From positions 32,001-96,000 of IMG/VR virus record IMGVR_UViG_3300009008_000005: 64,000 nt of DNA. One strand, 5' to 3'. Of this stretch, positions 45,660 through 53,268 are shown one piece after another; within the stretch, counting starts at the first letter, position 1, and each line of letters opens with the position of its first letter. Source of the DNA: a virus. Below the pieces are notes generated by a model that saw nothing but the letters and a program-made list of their open reading frames with translations, had not been told where the DNA came from and made no database searches. The position numbers were made by a program, and so were the translations under genes.

Positions 45660-45751
45660 GACAGCACTGACTTACTTCTCCAGTCAGGTGAGGCCAGACG
45701 TTCGGCCAGTACTGTCAGGCTCCAGTACGTGCCCATGGGAGGCGTACTGGA
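45660..45751 (-). ncRNA. Structured RNA: hairpin plus anticodon-less tRNA-like three-way junction
   Basis: TCCAGTACG/CGTACTGGA hairpin; GACAGTA/TGCTGTC stem enclosing GGCC/GGCC and CTGACT/AGTCAG hairpins. Confidence 0.55.
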
Positions 45752-45755
45752 ACAG

Positions 45756-45829
45756 TGGACCCAGGCGGAATTGAACCGCCGACACCTCGGTCTTCAGCCG
45801 AGTGCTCTACCGAACTGAGCTACAGGTCC
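45756..45829 (-). tRNA. trnF: tRNA-Phe(GAA)
   Basis: Cloverleaf; loop CTGAAGA. Confidence 0.95.
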
Positions 45830-45830
45830 A

Positions 45831-46079
45831 TTACTTACGCATCAACTTCGGCTGCTCCTTCGGATCGAAGGACATCTTTCCGTCCTTATCGAAGCTCCAG
45901 ACATCCGATACCTCACGCATCTCCGGAAAGATCACATCTTCGTCCACCTCATAGGTAAGTTCTCCTAGTGCCTCCTTAACCTTGGAGCGAAGTTTTCTAT
46001 TTGCGAACCTCTTACCCTGCTTATCCGACGCCGCCTTGGTGATGCCGGTGATCGCTGTTTTCTGATAGGACCTACTCAT
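45831..46079 (-). CDS. Small basic conserved hypothetical protein (MSRSY.KT.I.G...)
   Basis: GGAGGT RBS; MSRSYQKT..KRFANRKLR..DVWSFDKDGK pattern recalled from phage and bacterial small proteins. Confidence 0.75.
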   Translation of the reverse strand: MSRSYQKTAITGITKAASDKQGKRFANRKLRSKVKEALGELTYEVDEDVIFPEMREVSDVWSFDKDGKMSFDPKEQPKLMRK

Positions 46080-46093
46080 ATGGACCTCCGAAG

Positions 46094-46167
46094 TTCCTGC
46101 GAGTGGATTTGAACCACTGACCTCTCGGTTATCAGCCAAGGGCTCTACCGGACTGAGCTACGCAGGA
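46094..46167 (-). tRNA. trnI: tRNA-Ile(GAU)
   Basis: Cloverleaf; loop CTGATAA. Confidence 0.93.
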
Positions 46168-46182
46168 TTGTGTGAGAAAACC

Positions 46183-46323
46183 GCCGTGGGCTAGGAAAGA
46201 ATCTGATTGCCAGAGAGCGCACACAACCGTTTACCGGCCTCGGGCCACGATCGCAAATAGCGATCATGAGACCTCCCGGTAAATGACATATGTGTTCTCG
46301 CCAGCAAGCTGACCTCCTACGGC
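46183..46323 (-). ncRNA. Candidate rod-like ncRNA at the head of the tRNA operon
   Basis: Nested stems GCCGT/ACGGC, TAGGA/TCCTA, ACACATA/TGTGTG, TTTACCGG/CCGGTAAA, GATCGC/GCGATC. Confidence 0.55.
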
Positions 46324-46330
46324 TACGCTA

Positions 46331-46358
46331 ATCGTACGGCGTAGATATTCCGTGTCAA
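46331..46358 (-). promoter_or_regulatory. Sigma70-type promoter of the tRNA operon
   Basis: TTGACA-16 nt-TACGAT; a GGTATAAG motif lies just upstream (46366-46373). Confidence 0.7.
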
Positions 46359-46438
46359 CAAGAATCTTATACCAGGAACAAAAAAATTTTAGACCTTGGG
46401 AAAACCTGAGCCCTACACGGCATAAGAGTAGTGTAAGG

Positions 46439-46556
46439 TCAGGCCTCTCCGCCGAGAATGTGCTGTCTTATGCAGTACCTAAACCACCCCGGGGAAGCAC
46501 TAAACCCAGGAGTCGTAGGTGCATACTAGGCAGGCGGAGAGGCGAGGAAGGCCTGA
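46439..46556 (+). ncRNA. Candidate rod-like ncRNA with own promoter and terminator
   Basis: GGCATAAGAG promoter at 46419; stems TCAGGCCT/AGGCCTGA, CTCCGCC/GGCGGAG, TATGCA/TGCATA, ACCTA/TAGGT; terminator 46562-46588. Confidence 0.55.
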
Positions 46557-46640
46557 AAAGGGGAGGGGACCGCAATCCACTCCTCTTTTACCTAGAGACG
46601 AGTGCTGCACTTCCCGCAGAACTTGTTAGCCGAGCTAGAC

Positions 46641-48011
46641 TTATGTCCACAGGATGGGCACGTGGGCAGACCCAGTAGTCTCGAACGTGAGCTTCCTTCG
46701 TGTGGTGAACGGGTACGCAGAGGCACGATCCATCGTCGTAGCAGTTACCCAGGCAGCACCATCCCACAGCTCGCAGATGACATCAGTGTTTGTGTCCTTC
46801 ACCAACGCCGTCACGACCTCCATCTTGATCCCCGGGAAGGGAAGGGGATCTGCGATGTAAATGCAGTCACCCGCCGCAGCACCAGCGGGGAACTGGAACG
46901 TGGATCCAGTCTGACTACGGGCAGCGGCGGTCACACTGGTGAACCTGGACCCGGAAGGCTCCGACGCAGCGTACTGATGGACCTCCATGGCCCAAGCATA
47001 GGAGTCCCCCTCCCCAAAGGTCGACTCGAAGCCCATACCTGGGAGGCCAGTGGCGTTCTCCCCGATAGTACACATCGCCTCGTCACCAGCGATGGAGGTG
47101 TCCATGAAGGACATGTGTACATCGCTTGAAGCATTCAGGGTCAGCTTCGACCGGTCCAAGTCACCACCGGAGATCAGTACGGTATCCCCAGCAGCGGTCA
47201 CCACATGGTTCGTGGATGACCCATCAATCCGGAATCCGATGAGCGCTACCTCAGCCCCATTGACAGTCTGAAGCCCTGTAGTCACGAATCCCGTAGATAC
47301 CGCACTACCATGGATGACACCTCCGTCATTGAAGATGCCTATACCCGCTCCCTGACTACGGAGAATGGCGCTGAAGATATGAACAGTACCGCCTCCGTCC
47401 ACCCAGAGCCCACGGGTGAAGGTGGTGTTTGCGTTCGTATGCACGTTTGTGATGTTGAGGGAGCCGGAGTCGATCTTGATAAGATTCGTCAGAGTAGGAG
47501 ACCCAGTAAACATGAAGTCAGATATCTCCATGATACCGGAAGAGTCGATCTGGATCCCTGTCGTCCCCGTACCGCCTAGTACATTGATCTGCCTACCGAT
47601 GATGCTGCCTGCGTTCGACGAGCACAGGAATCCGATGTCCCCGTTCGTAGAGAAGCAGTCATGAAGCTCAATGTCGTACTTCCCTGCAGGGATGTAGAAG
47701 GAGGCCGTACCCGGATCAGACTGAGCTGCCCACTTCACCCTGAGGCCGATGACCTCACAGTCCTTCCCGATGGTGATCGCATGGGACGATGCATCATTCG
47801 GTACAATCCTGGTAACCTCGTGCCGACCAGGGGCGAAGAGGGTCACGTAGTCAGGGACAACAATTGGGTCCTCAATGTAAGTACCTGGGTAGACTTCGAT
47901 GAGCATCCGATTGTTGGTGTTCACAACCAGAGCTGCTGCGTCGCACGCATCCTTCACGGAGGTGTAGTCACCACCAGCGGTGGCTACCGTATACACCTGG
48001 GCGTACGACAC
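46641..48011 (-). CDS. Beta-helix (pectin-lyase-like) tailspike/tail-appendage protein, C-terminal fragment
   Basis: TVATAGGDYTSVKDA..IEVYPGTY..P motif and repeated beta-helix pattern; joined to 48064-48378 if two G5 tracts were G4. Confidence 0.65.
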   Translation of the reverse strand: MSYAQVYTVATAGGDYTSVKDACDAAALVVNTNNRMLIEVYPGTYIEDPIVVPDYVTLFAPGRHEVTRIVPNDASSHAITIGKDCEVIGLRVKWAAQSDPGTASFYIPAGKYDIELHDCFSTNGDIGFLCSSNAGSIIGRQINVLGGTGTTGIQIDSSGIMEISDFMFTGSPTLTNLIKIDSGSLNITNVHTNANTTFTRGLWVDGGGTVHIFSAILRSQGAGIGIFNDGGVIHGSAVSTGFVTTGLQTVNGAEVALIGFRIDGSSTNHVVTAAGDTVLISGGDLDRSKLTLNASSDVHMSFMDTSIAGDEAMCTIGENATGLPGMGFESTFGEGDSYAWAMEVHQYAASEPSGSRFTSVTAAARSQTGSTFQFPAGAAAGDCIYIADPLPFPGIKMEVVTALVKDTNTDVICELWDGAAWVTATTMDRASAYPFTTRRKLTFETTGSAHVPILWT

Positions 48012-48063
48012 GGCTACTGGATCTTCCCAGCCCGCCCCATCGGCACCATCAGCAGTGAATACC

Positions 48064-48378
48064 TTACCCTCTGCATCCCCCAGTAGCCAGGAGTGTGTCA
48101 GCCTCTACGGGCTCCCAATCTTCCCACGCTGATGACCCATCGCCCTGCCCACGCAGGTATCTTCCATCAGGTACACCTGTACTCTTGATCGCCGTGCCCT
48201 CTGGAGTAGCGGGACCGGCATCTTCAAGGGCCTGTATGCGAGCATCGGCCCCGTCCATCTCACCCTCAAGATTCACGAAGGCGTCATCGGTATCCGCACG
48301 TAAGTCTGAGCCTACACGATCCGCTCTGTTCAGGTGTGGGTACTTCGGTCCGTCTACTAGACTTCTACTTCTGGCCAT
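48064..48378 (-). CDS. N-terminal fragment of the same tail protein (frameshifted)
   Basis: Contains STGVPDGRYLRGQGDGSSAWED repeat; a second copy is restored across the frameshifts. Confidence 0.6.
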   Translation of the reverse strand: MARSRSLVDGPKYPHLNRADRVGSDLRADTDDAFVNLEGEMDGADARIQALEDAGPATPEGTAIKSTGVPDGRYLRGQGDGSSAWEDWEPVEADTLLATGGCRG

Positions 48379-48709
48379 TATTCCTCCTACCCCTTGAGAT
48401 TCGTAGGGCTAGAGCTAGCGCAGCCGCTGATGGTAGTCCTACGGCTGTCCCTGTGGCTATGGAAGCGTTGCGTATGGGGATCTTAGGGAATTTCCCTAAG
48501 GGTCGCTTAGGTACCTTCCCAAAGAGCTTGCGTAATACCCAGCCTTTCAGTCCCTTCTTACGATTTAGCTCGGAGAACGTATCTCCGACGCCGGAGTTGA
48601 TTCCGTCGAAGATGGCTTTAGTCTTGAGGTAGTCCTTTATACCTACCCCTGCACCAATGCCTGCCCCGCCTACGATCCCACCTGCAAGGTCTCTATAACC
48701 GTCTTTCAT
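48365..48709 (-). CDS. Small basic protein with Gly-rich hydrophobic segments
   Basis: LAGGIVGGAGIGAGVG; IATGTAVGLPSAAALALAL. Confidence 0.65.
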   Translation of the reverse strand: MKDGYRDLAGGIVGGAGIGAGVGIKDYLKTKAIFDGINSGVGDTFSELNRKKGLKGWVLRKLFGKVPKRPLGKFPKIPIRNASIATGTAVGLPSAAALALALRISRGRRNNGQK

Positions 48710-49271
48710 ATGCTGGTACCTGGTCCATTTTAGTGACGACCTTCTTCTGCATCTTTGGACGTATCCGAAGTGGGTAGCCAGAAGCTGCTAGCGGGTCGAG
48801 GCCTAGATATTTCTTACCCTTCGCAAGAGCTGCCATACTCGCAAGTCCAGTACCTGGAATACCACCACCCAGCACCGCACCTGGAAGAGAACCTACGTAC
48901 GCATCGGGATGCTGCACTGCGATAGGGATAACATTCTTAGAGAACCCCTTCGCAGCCTTGCGGGCTACCCACGTCCATAGGTTCTCGCCCTGCTGGGTGA
49001 AGTGCTCCTTCGGTATCTTCCGTAGAGCTTTCTCGCTGGCCTCATGACCCAAGCTATGGGCTAAAACCCTACCCGCCAACTCCCTGTCATCAAGTTGCTT
49101 ACTAGTTCTATGCATAGACTTCGGGATAAAAAGCCGCATGTTCTCGGTCCCCTTGAAGGGTACCTGTACGGCCTTTCGTATCAGCTTGTCAGCTCTAAGA
49201 AGAAAGGCTTGCTTCTCTTTCTCCTGATTGTATGTCTGTAAGGCGAAGCCCAGCTTTGTGACCTCTGGCAT
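48693..49271 (-). CDS. Zincin-like protein with degenerate HExxH (HSLGH)
   Basis: VLAHSLGHE; KLGF and KQAF motifs; Gly-rich hydrophobic segment. Confidence 0.55.
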   Translation of the reverse strand: MPEVTKLGFALQTYNQEKEKQAFLLRADKLIRKAVQVPFKGTENMRLFIPKSMHRTSKQLDDRELAGRVLAHSLGHEASEKALRKIPKEHFTQQGENLWTWVARKAAKGFSKNVIPIAVQHPDAYVGSLPGAVLGGGIPGTGLASMAALAKGKKYLGLDPLAASGYPLRIRPKMQKKVVTKMDQVPAYERRL

Positions 49272-49744
49272 TACCTGCTCCTGAACTTAGGGAGTTTCTT
49301 TATGGAATCATCGATGCGATCCGTGCGGAGGGAGGCCATTGATGACATTAGCTTCGTAACAGCATCGTCTACGTTAGTCCCGGGTTCGAGCGGGATCTGG
49401 CCCACCCTACGGGCCTTCAGCACATCATCTAGCACTGCCTGCTGTACGTCTAGAGGAGCAGCCTTGAATGCCGGGGGAGCTTTGAAGGATGGTGGCTTAG
49501 GGGAAGAGCCGAACATGCCCTGCATGAGCTTGCTGACGTCATAGTCGACCTTGTCACGGCTCATGATACGCCCCTTGTCAAATCGGGGTAGAGTCCTAGC
49601 CTCATGATGACCGGCCCTGACGTCCTGGATCAGCGTGTCGTCGTACTTGTTGAGTGCGTCCGTAAGGACCTCGGTCAGCTGCTTTCTCACAGCCTTCCTA
49701 CGGGATCCTCTCCGGAACAGGTCAAAAGCTCTACCGAAGCGCAT
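49271..49744 (-). CDS. Basic hypothetical protein
   Basis: 157-aa ORF with TAATG coupling. Confidence 0.6.
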   Translation of the reverse strand: MRFGRAFDLFRRGSRRKAVRKQLTEVLTDALNKYDDTLIQDVRAGHHEARTLPRFDKGRIMSRDKVDYDVSKLMQGMFGSSPKPPSFKAPPAFKAAPLDVQQAVLDDVLKARRVGQIPLEPGTNVDDAVTKLMSSMASLRTDRIDDSIKKLPKFRSR

Positions 49745-49776
49745 AGCGTTCCCCCTAGATAGTTACCTCGGTGCTC

Positions 49777-50349
49777 TTATACCTCGGTCCCGTAGGCTAT
49801 TAGCTTCAGGTTGGGCCTGTAGAGGGCCCAACCGATCAGCTTGTCCTCGGTCAGATGCACTCGCTCTAACACATCCAATATTGTAGCAGACCTGTCCACG
49901 AAGGGGCCATGTTTGCCCCAATTTCCAGTGTGGAAGTACCCTCCGTCTCTCTCAAAGAGACAGAGGTTATGACCACCAGTACGTTTCTTATCCGACATCC
50001 AGGACACACTAATGACCTTGGGGTGGTACTCAGGGCGGATCGAAGCTGCGCACCATACAGCAAACTCATCGCAGTCTAGAGCGCCCTTAGGTTGTGGCCT
50101 CCCCTTAGAGACCTCACTGATGCAGTACGCAACCCAATGCGGGGAGCCGACCGCATCCCATAGTTCCCTCTTGCCGTCCTTCGTCCAGGTCAGCTTCTTA
50201 GCCATAGCCGTGGCCGTACCAGGTTTCAGGTCTGCAGACACGGTGTAATTCTTGTACTTACGATGATACAGCCACCTGTAGAATCTGGACCACAGAAAGT
50301 ACAGGCGGGTGAACATCAGGAAAGAGTAGCCTTGTTTCCAGAACCACAT
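49777..50349 (-). CDS. Transglutaminase-like cysteine protease
   Basis: GALDCDEFA..GGHNLCLF..TGNWG (Cys-His core); GGAGGT RBS. Confidence 0.65.
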   Translation of the reverse strand: MWFWKQGYSFLMFTRLYFLWSRFYRWLYHRKYKNYTVSADLKPGTATAMAKKLTWTKDGKRELWDAVGSPHWVAYCISEVSKGRPQPKGALDCDEFAVWCAASIRPEYHPKVISVSWMSDKKRTGGHNLCLFERDGGYFHTGNWGKHGPFVDRSATILDVLERVHLTEDKLIGWALYRPNLKLIAYGTEV

Positions 50350-50405
50350 GCGCCACCTCCTACCCAAGAGTATGCCTTACGGCATGCCTCAGAGACAACC
50401 CGAGG

Positions 50406-50420
50406 TATTTCGGCGAAATA
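50406..50420. repeat. Dispersed palindrome TATTTCGGCGAAATA abutting a promoter
   Basis: Read directly. Confidence 0.85.
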
Positions 50421-50461
50421 CGGAATAAGAACTGTGGAGACAACCCACAAAGGAGCTTCCG

Positions 50462-50941
50462 ATGCCACCTGATGAATGGATAATGCGACCGACTGTAGCC
50501 TACCATCCTGCGGAGGAGCCGAGAGTCCGTGAGCGACGAACCTTCGCCGTACAGGCGAAGGAGGTGCTCGACGAATACTTCAAGACCCTCATCACGCCAC
50601 CTTCCCTTGACGACCTGAGCAGGCTGGAGAAGCTGCTGGAGGAGAGGCTCGGACTCCTCTGTAGCATCCAACAATCCAACATCTCCCTTGCTGACAACAG
50701 GATCTCCATGGCTGTGGTGCGCCGGGAGCGGGTCAGTATCTCCGACGAGCATATAACCCTCCGCATGGGTCGCACTCTCAATGAGGGGGAGGTCTCACTG
50801 GTCGTGAACACCAACGCAGGGGTGCGAGGGGCCTCTACCGAGGTCGGCTGGTGCCATAACTGCGACTCCCTGCCCTACAACTGTGGTTGCCGTGGTCAGC
50901 GCTTCTCCCCGAGGGAGACCGGTGTCGCAGCCACTGGGTAG
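50462..50941 (+). CDS. Hypothetical protein with C-terminal WCxxC..CxC Zn finger
   Basis: Palindrome + promoter + AGGAG RBS; GWCHNCDSLPYNCGC. Confidence 0.7.
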   Translation: MPPDEWIMRPTVAYHPAEEPRVRERRTFAVQAKEVLDEYFKTLITPPSLDDLSRLEKLLEERLGLLCSIQQSNISLADNRISMAVVRRERVSISDEHITLRMGRTLNEGEVSLVVNTNAGVRGASTEVGWCHNCDSLPYNCGCRGQRFSPRETGVAATG

Positions 50942-51368
50942 CTTCATTGACTCCAAGGTCCGGAACTTCTTCCGGGCCGTGGACGCTATAGGTCCTACGG
51001 AGTTAGAAGCGCTGCGGAGAGAGCTGCTGGAAGCGTACGGATTGAACGCATTCGTGAGCTTCCTACCTGGAGGCTCGTTCGGGGTCAAGATCACCGGCCG
51101 AACGGGATACTCCGCAAGGCAGCTATCTCTACGTCTAGAGGAGGACGTAGAGATATACAGTGTAAGTCGGCTGGCGCATAACTGGTGTTCTACCTGCGAC
51201 CTTCCTAGGGCGAGGTGCAGCCACAGCAGGGCCTACGGGTGGGGAACCCCATATGGAGCGGCTAACACGATACAGGACACCATAAGGTACTACACGAGCA
51301 CCGCTTCCAATTCGACATTCAACCTGGATCCGATGTGGGGTACTACGAGCGCTACAACATATCGGTGA
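50922..51368 (+). CDS. Hypothetical protein with WCxxC..CxH Zn finger
   Basis: NWCSTCDLPRARCSH; followed by a terminator. Confidence 0.6.
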   Translation: MSQPLGSFIDSKVRNFFRAVDAIGPTELEALRRELLEAYGLNAFVSFLPGGSFGVKITGRTGYSARQLSLRLEEDVEIYSVSRLAHNWCSTCDLPRARCSHSRAYGWGTPYGAANTIQDTIRYYTSTASNSTFNLDPMWGTTSATTYR

Positions 51369-51369
51369 G

Positions 51370-51392
51370 AAAGGGGGCTTCGGCCCCTTTTT
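51370..51392. terminator. Bidirectional terminator
   Basis: AAAGGGGGC-TTCG-GCCCCTTTTT. Confidence 0.8.
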
Positions 51393-51394
51393 AC

Positions 51395-51658
51395 CTAGGG
51401 CTCGGAGACTTCTTTGAGAGCTTCATACCTCGCTCGGAGGTCTTTTATGATCTCCTGTAGGCCTTGCTCATACTCCATGCGGTCAGACATCCAGCCGTCT
51501 GTGACCTCATACCAGCCCTTGTCCTCGTCCTCCTTCACCTCGGCCTTGGTGACGAAAACAGGCTTGTCCCGGTACGGATCCTTCTTGCAGTACGGCTTGC
51601 AGATTCCGTAGCAACCAGAAAGGGAGAGGAGTGCCACCCATAGTAATAGATTTCGCAA
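51395..51658 (-). CDS. Small lipoprotein (o-spanin-like)
   Basis: Signal peptide with LSGC lipobox. Confidence 0.6.
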   Translation of the reverse strand: MRNLLLWVALLSLSGCYGICKPYCKKDPYRDKPVFVTKAEVKEDEDKGWYEVTDGWMSDRMEYEQGLQEIIKDLRARYEALKEVSEP

Positions 51659-51661
51659 GAG

Positions 51662-52348
51662 TCACCTCAGTAGATTGCGAAGAAGCCCTGTTAGTACCTT
51701 CCTACCGTCACGACCTTTTCGGATCCTACGAGCGAAATCCTCCCCGATGTCCATACTAGAGGTGTCCCAAGTAGGAATAGAGGACGGAGCATTATCCCGG
51801 AGTATCTTCATAGCTTGATCGCCAAGACCCCGCTGCTGGGCCGCACGCAACAGCCTCACGTGCTTCTTCGTCAGGTGGGAAGAAACAAGAGGAGGTGCGT
51901 GCTGAAAAGGTTTAGCACCGCCCTCTACTTTTGTTATGAACTTCGCTGGGATTCTCTTCCGCACCACTTTCTCGTCGTGGGTGCCCATTCCACCAAGACG
52001 TAAGGAGTCTTCCAAGGAGTCTGGGATATCAATCTTGATAACCCCACCCGAAGGTTTCCAAGGATTGGGGGCTAGGAAATGCTTCTCCTGTGGTGTCATT
52101 CCCAATGAACCCAAGAACTTGAGCTGTTTTATTCGTGCTTTACTGGGGACAGCATGTCGGTTGTTGCCCTCAAGAATATTGGATGCACCAACCCGGGCGT
52201 AACGCTTAGCGAGATCTGGGTCACCGGTTACGTAAGTGCCCTCTGGGAGCCCTTCCCGTAGAACATCTGCAATGAAAGGCTCACCCATACCACGGTAGTA
52301 TGTCTTAGCGTACTTATAGAGGGCCAAGCCTTCCTGTAGATGCAGCAT
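51662..52348 (-). CDS. ADP-ribosyltransferase-fold protein
   Basis: YYRG..VLREGL..GTYVT..LAKRYA..IKIDIP..DEKVV..IPAKFI. Confidence 0.75.
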   Translation of the reverse strand: MLHLQEGLALYKYAKTYYRGMGEPFIADVLREGLPEGTYVTGDPDLAKRYARVGASNILEGNNRHAVPSKARIKQLKFLGSLGMTPQEKHFLAPNPWKPSGGVIKIDIPDSLEDSLRLGGMGTHDEKVVRKRIPAKFITKVEGGAKPFQHAPPLVSSHLTKKHVRLLRAAQQRGLGDQAMKILRDNAPSSIPTWDTSSMDIGEDFARRIRKGRDGRKVLTGLLRNLLR

Positions 52349-52352
52349 CCCC

Positions 52353-52712
52353 TTACCTCGACCAAATAGAAGCCCTATTCGGCTGCTCGAACCTTGGCTC
52401 CCCGTAGCTGTTCAAGGCTTCTTCAGACAGGTATTTTCTGAGAGATACGTTCCTCTTGTATGCGTCCTTGTTAGCGTACACATTCCCTACGCCACCCGGA
52501 GTACCCTTCGTCTTCAAGAGTGGCCGGTAGTCAGGATCCTGCCCCTGTCTGTAACCACTGCTCCCAGACGTGTAGACATTCCACCTGGGGACTCGCTTGA
52601 AGCTGTATTTCTTGCTCTTGTCGCTCCTAGCACCAGGATCAGCTGCTAACTTGAGCCTACGGGCTAGCTTTAGGAACTCTTTCGGGGACTTTTTTCTCCT
52701 GGGTTCGTGCAT
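52353..52712 (-). CDS. Basic hypothetical protein
   Basis: GGAGGT RBS; tandem KLAR/KLAA motifs. Confidence 0.65.
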   Translation of the reverse strand: MHEPRRKKSPKEFLKLARRLKLAADPGARSDKSKKYSFKRVPRWNVYTSGSSGYRQGQDPDYRPLLKTKGTPGGVGNVYANKDAYKRNVSLRKYLSEEALNSYGEPRFEQPNRASIWSR

Positions 52713-52731
52713 GGCTGCACCTCCTCAGGAG

Positions 52732-52977
52732 TCATTTTGGCATAGAGGGACGCTTCTTGGGAAGAGGGACATTCCGGCCATGCTTGGCGAACGCCGCAGC
52801 AATGGCGTCCGCATCCCCCTTATTGAGAGCCGTGGCAAGATCTGAAAGAGCTCCGTTCTGGGCCTCTTCGAAAGTCTCAGGCTGGTTCTTCTCTGCGGCC
52901 TTATCAGAGATCCAGGTGATGAGGGCTGGTAGGAAGACGGCGAGAATGGAACCAATGATCTGCAGTATAGCTTCCAT
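52732..52977 (-). CDS. Small N-terminal-TM membrane protein (lysis-related?)
   Basis: IIGSILAVFLPALITWI. Confidence 0.6.
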   Translation of the reverse strand: MEAILQIIGSILAVFLPALITWISDKAAEKNQPETFEEAQNGALSDLATALNKGDADAIAAAFAKHGRNVPLPKKRPSMPK

Positions 52978-52986
52978 TAGCTTCTC

Positions 52987-53268
52987 CTAAAGACTAAGCC
53001 CTAGAGTTAGTTCTCGGGGCTTAGGTCTACCTGGGCCCTTGATCCTTCGGCCACCTGGCATGCCTTCAATGGGCTCTTCCCACACACCAGCTCGCCAGTT
53101 AGGCTCATACTTACGTTTGGGTTTACGACTGTTTATGATCTTGTTCAGGTCCCCGCTGTCCGTCATCCGCCTAAAGGTAGTAAGGGTGTTTTTATCTTCT
53201 ACGCCAGCAGCCTGGAGGTAGCCCTTCTCCTTCGCCCGGAAGTCCTGCTGGCGCTTCCCCTTCTTCAC
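52987..53268 (-). CDS. Small basic hypothetical protein
   Basis: 93-aa ORF coupled to the upstream gene. Confidence 0.55.
   Translation of the reverse strand: MKKGKRQQDFRAKEKGYLQAAGVEDKNTLTTFRRMTDSGDLNKIINSRKPKRKYEPNWRAGVWEEPIEGMPGGRRIKGPGRPKPRELTLGLSL

Noticed and set aside
41289-45958. Many short ORFs in the track overlapping the tRNA array (e.g. 41289-41798, 42895-43200, 44635-44925)
   Set aside because: Chance frames across tRNA genes with no RBS or protein motifs.
41290-46167. Regularly spaced GGATTCGAACC / GACTCGAACC repeats suggesting a CRISPR array
   Set aside because: They are tRNA T-loops within full cloverleaves; no cas genes and no constant repeat length.
35054-46556. tmRNA, RNase P RNA, SRP RNA or rRNA
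   Set aside because: No tag-reading frame with an Ala-type TLD, no P4 or SRP loop signature and no rRNA-length conserved sequence recognised.
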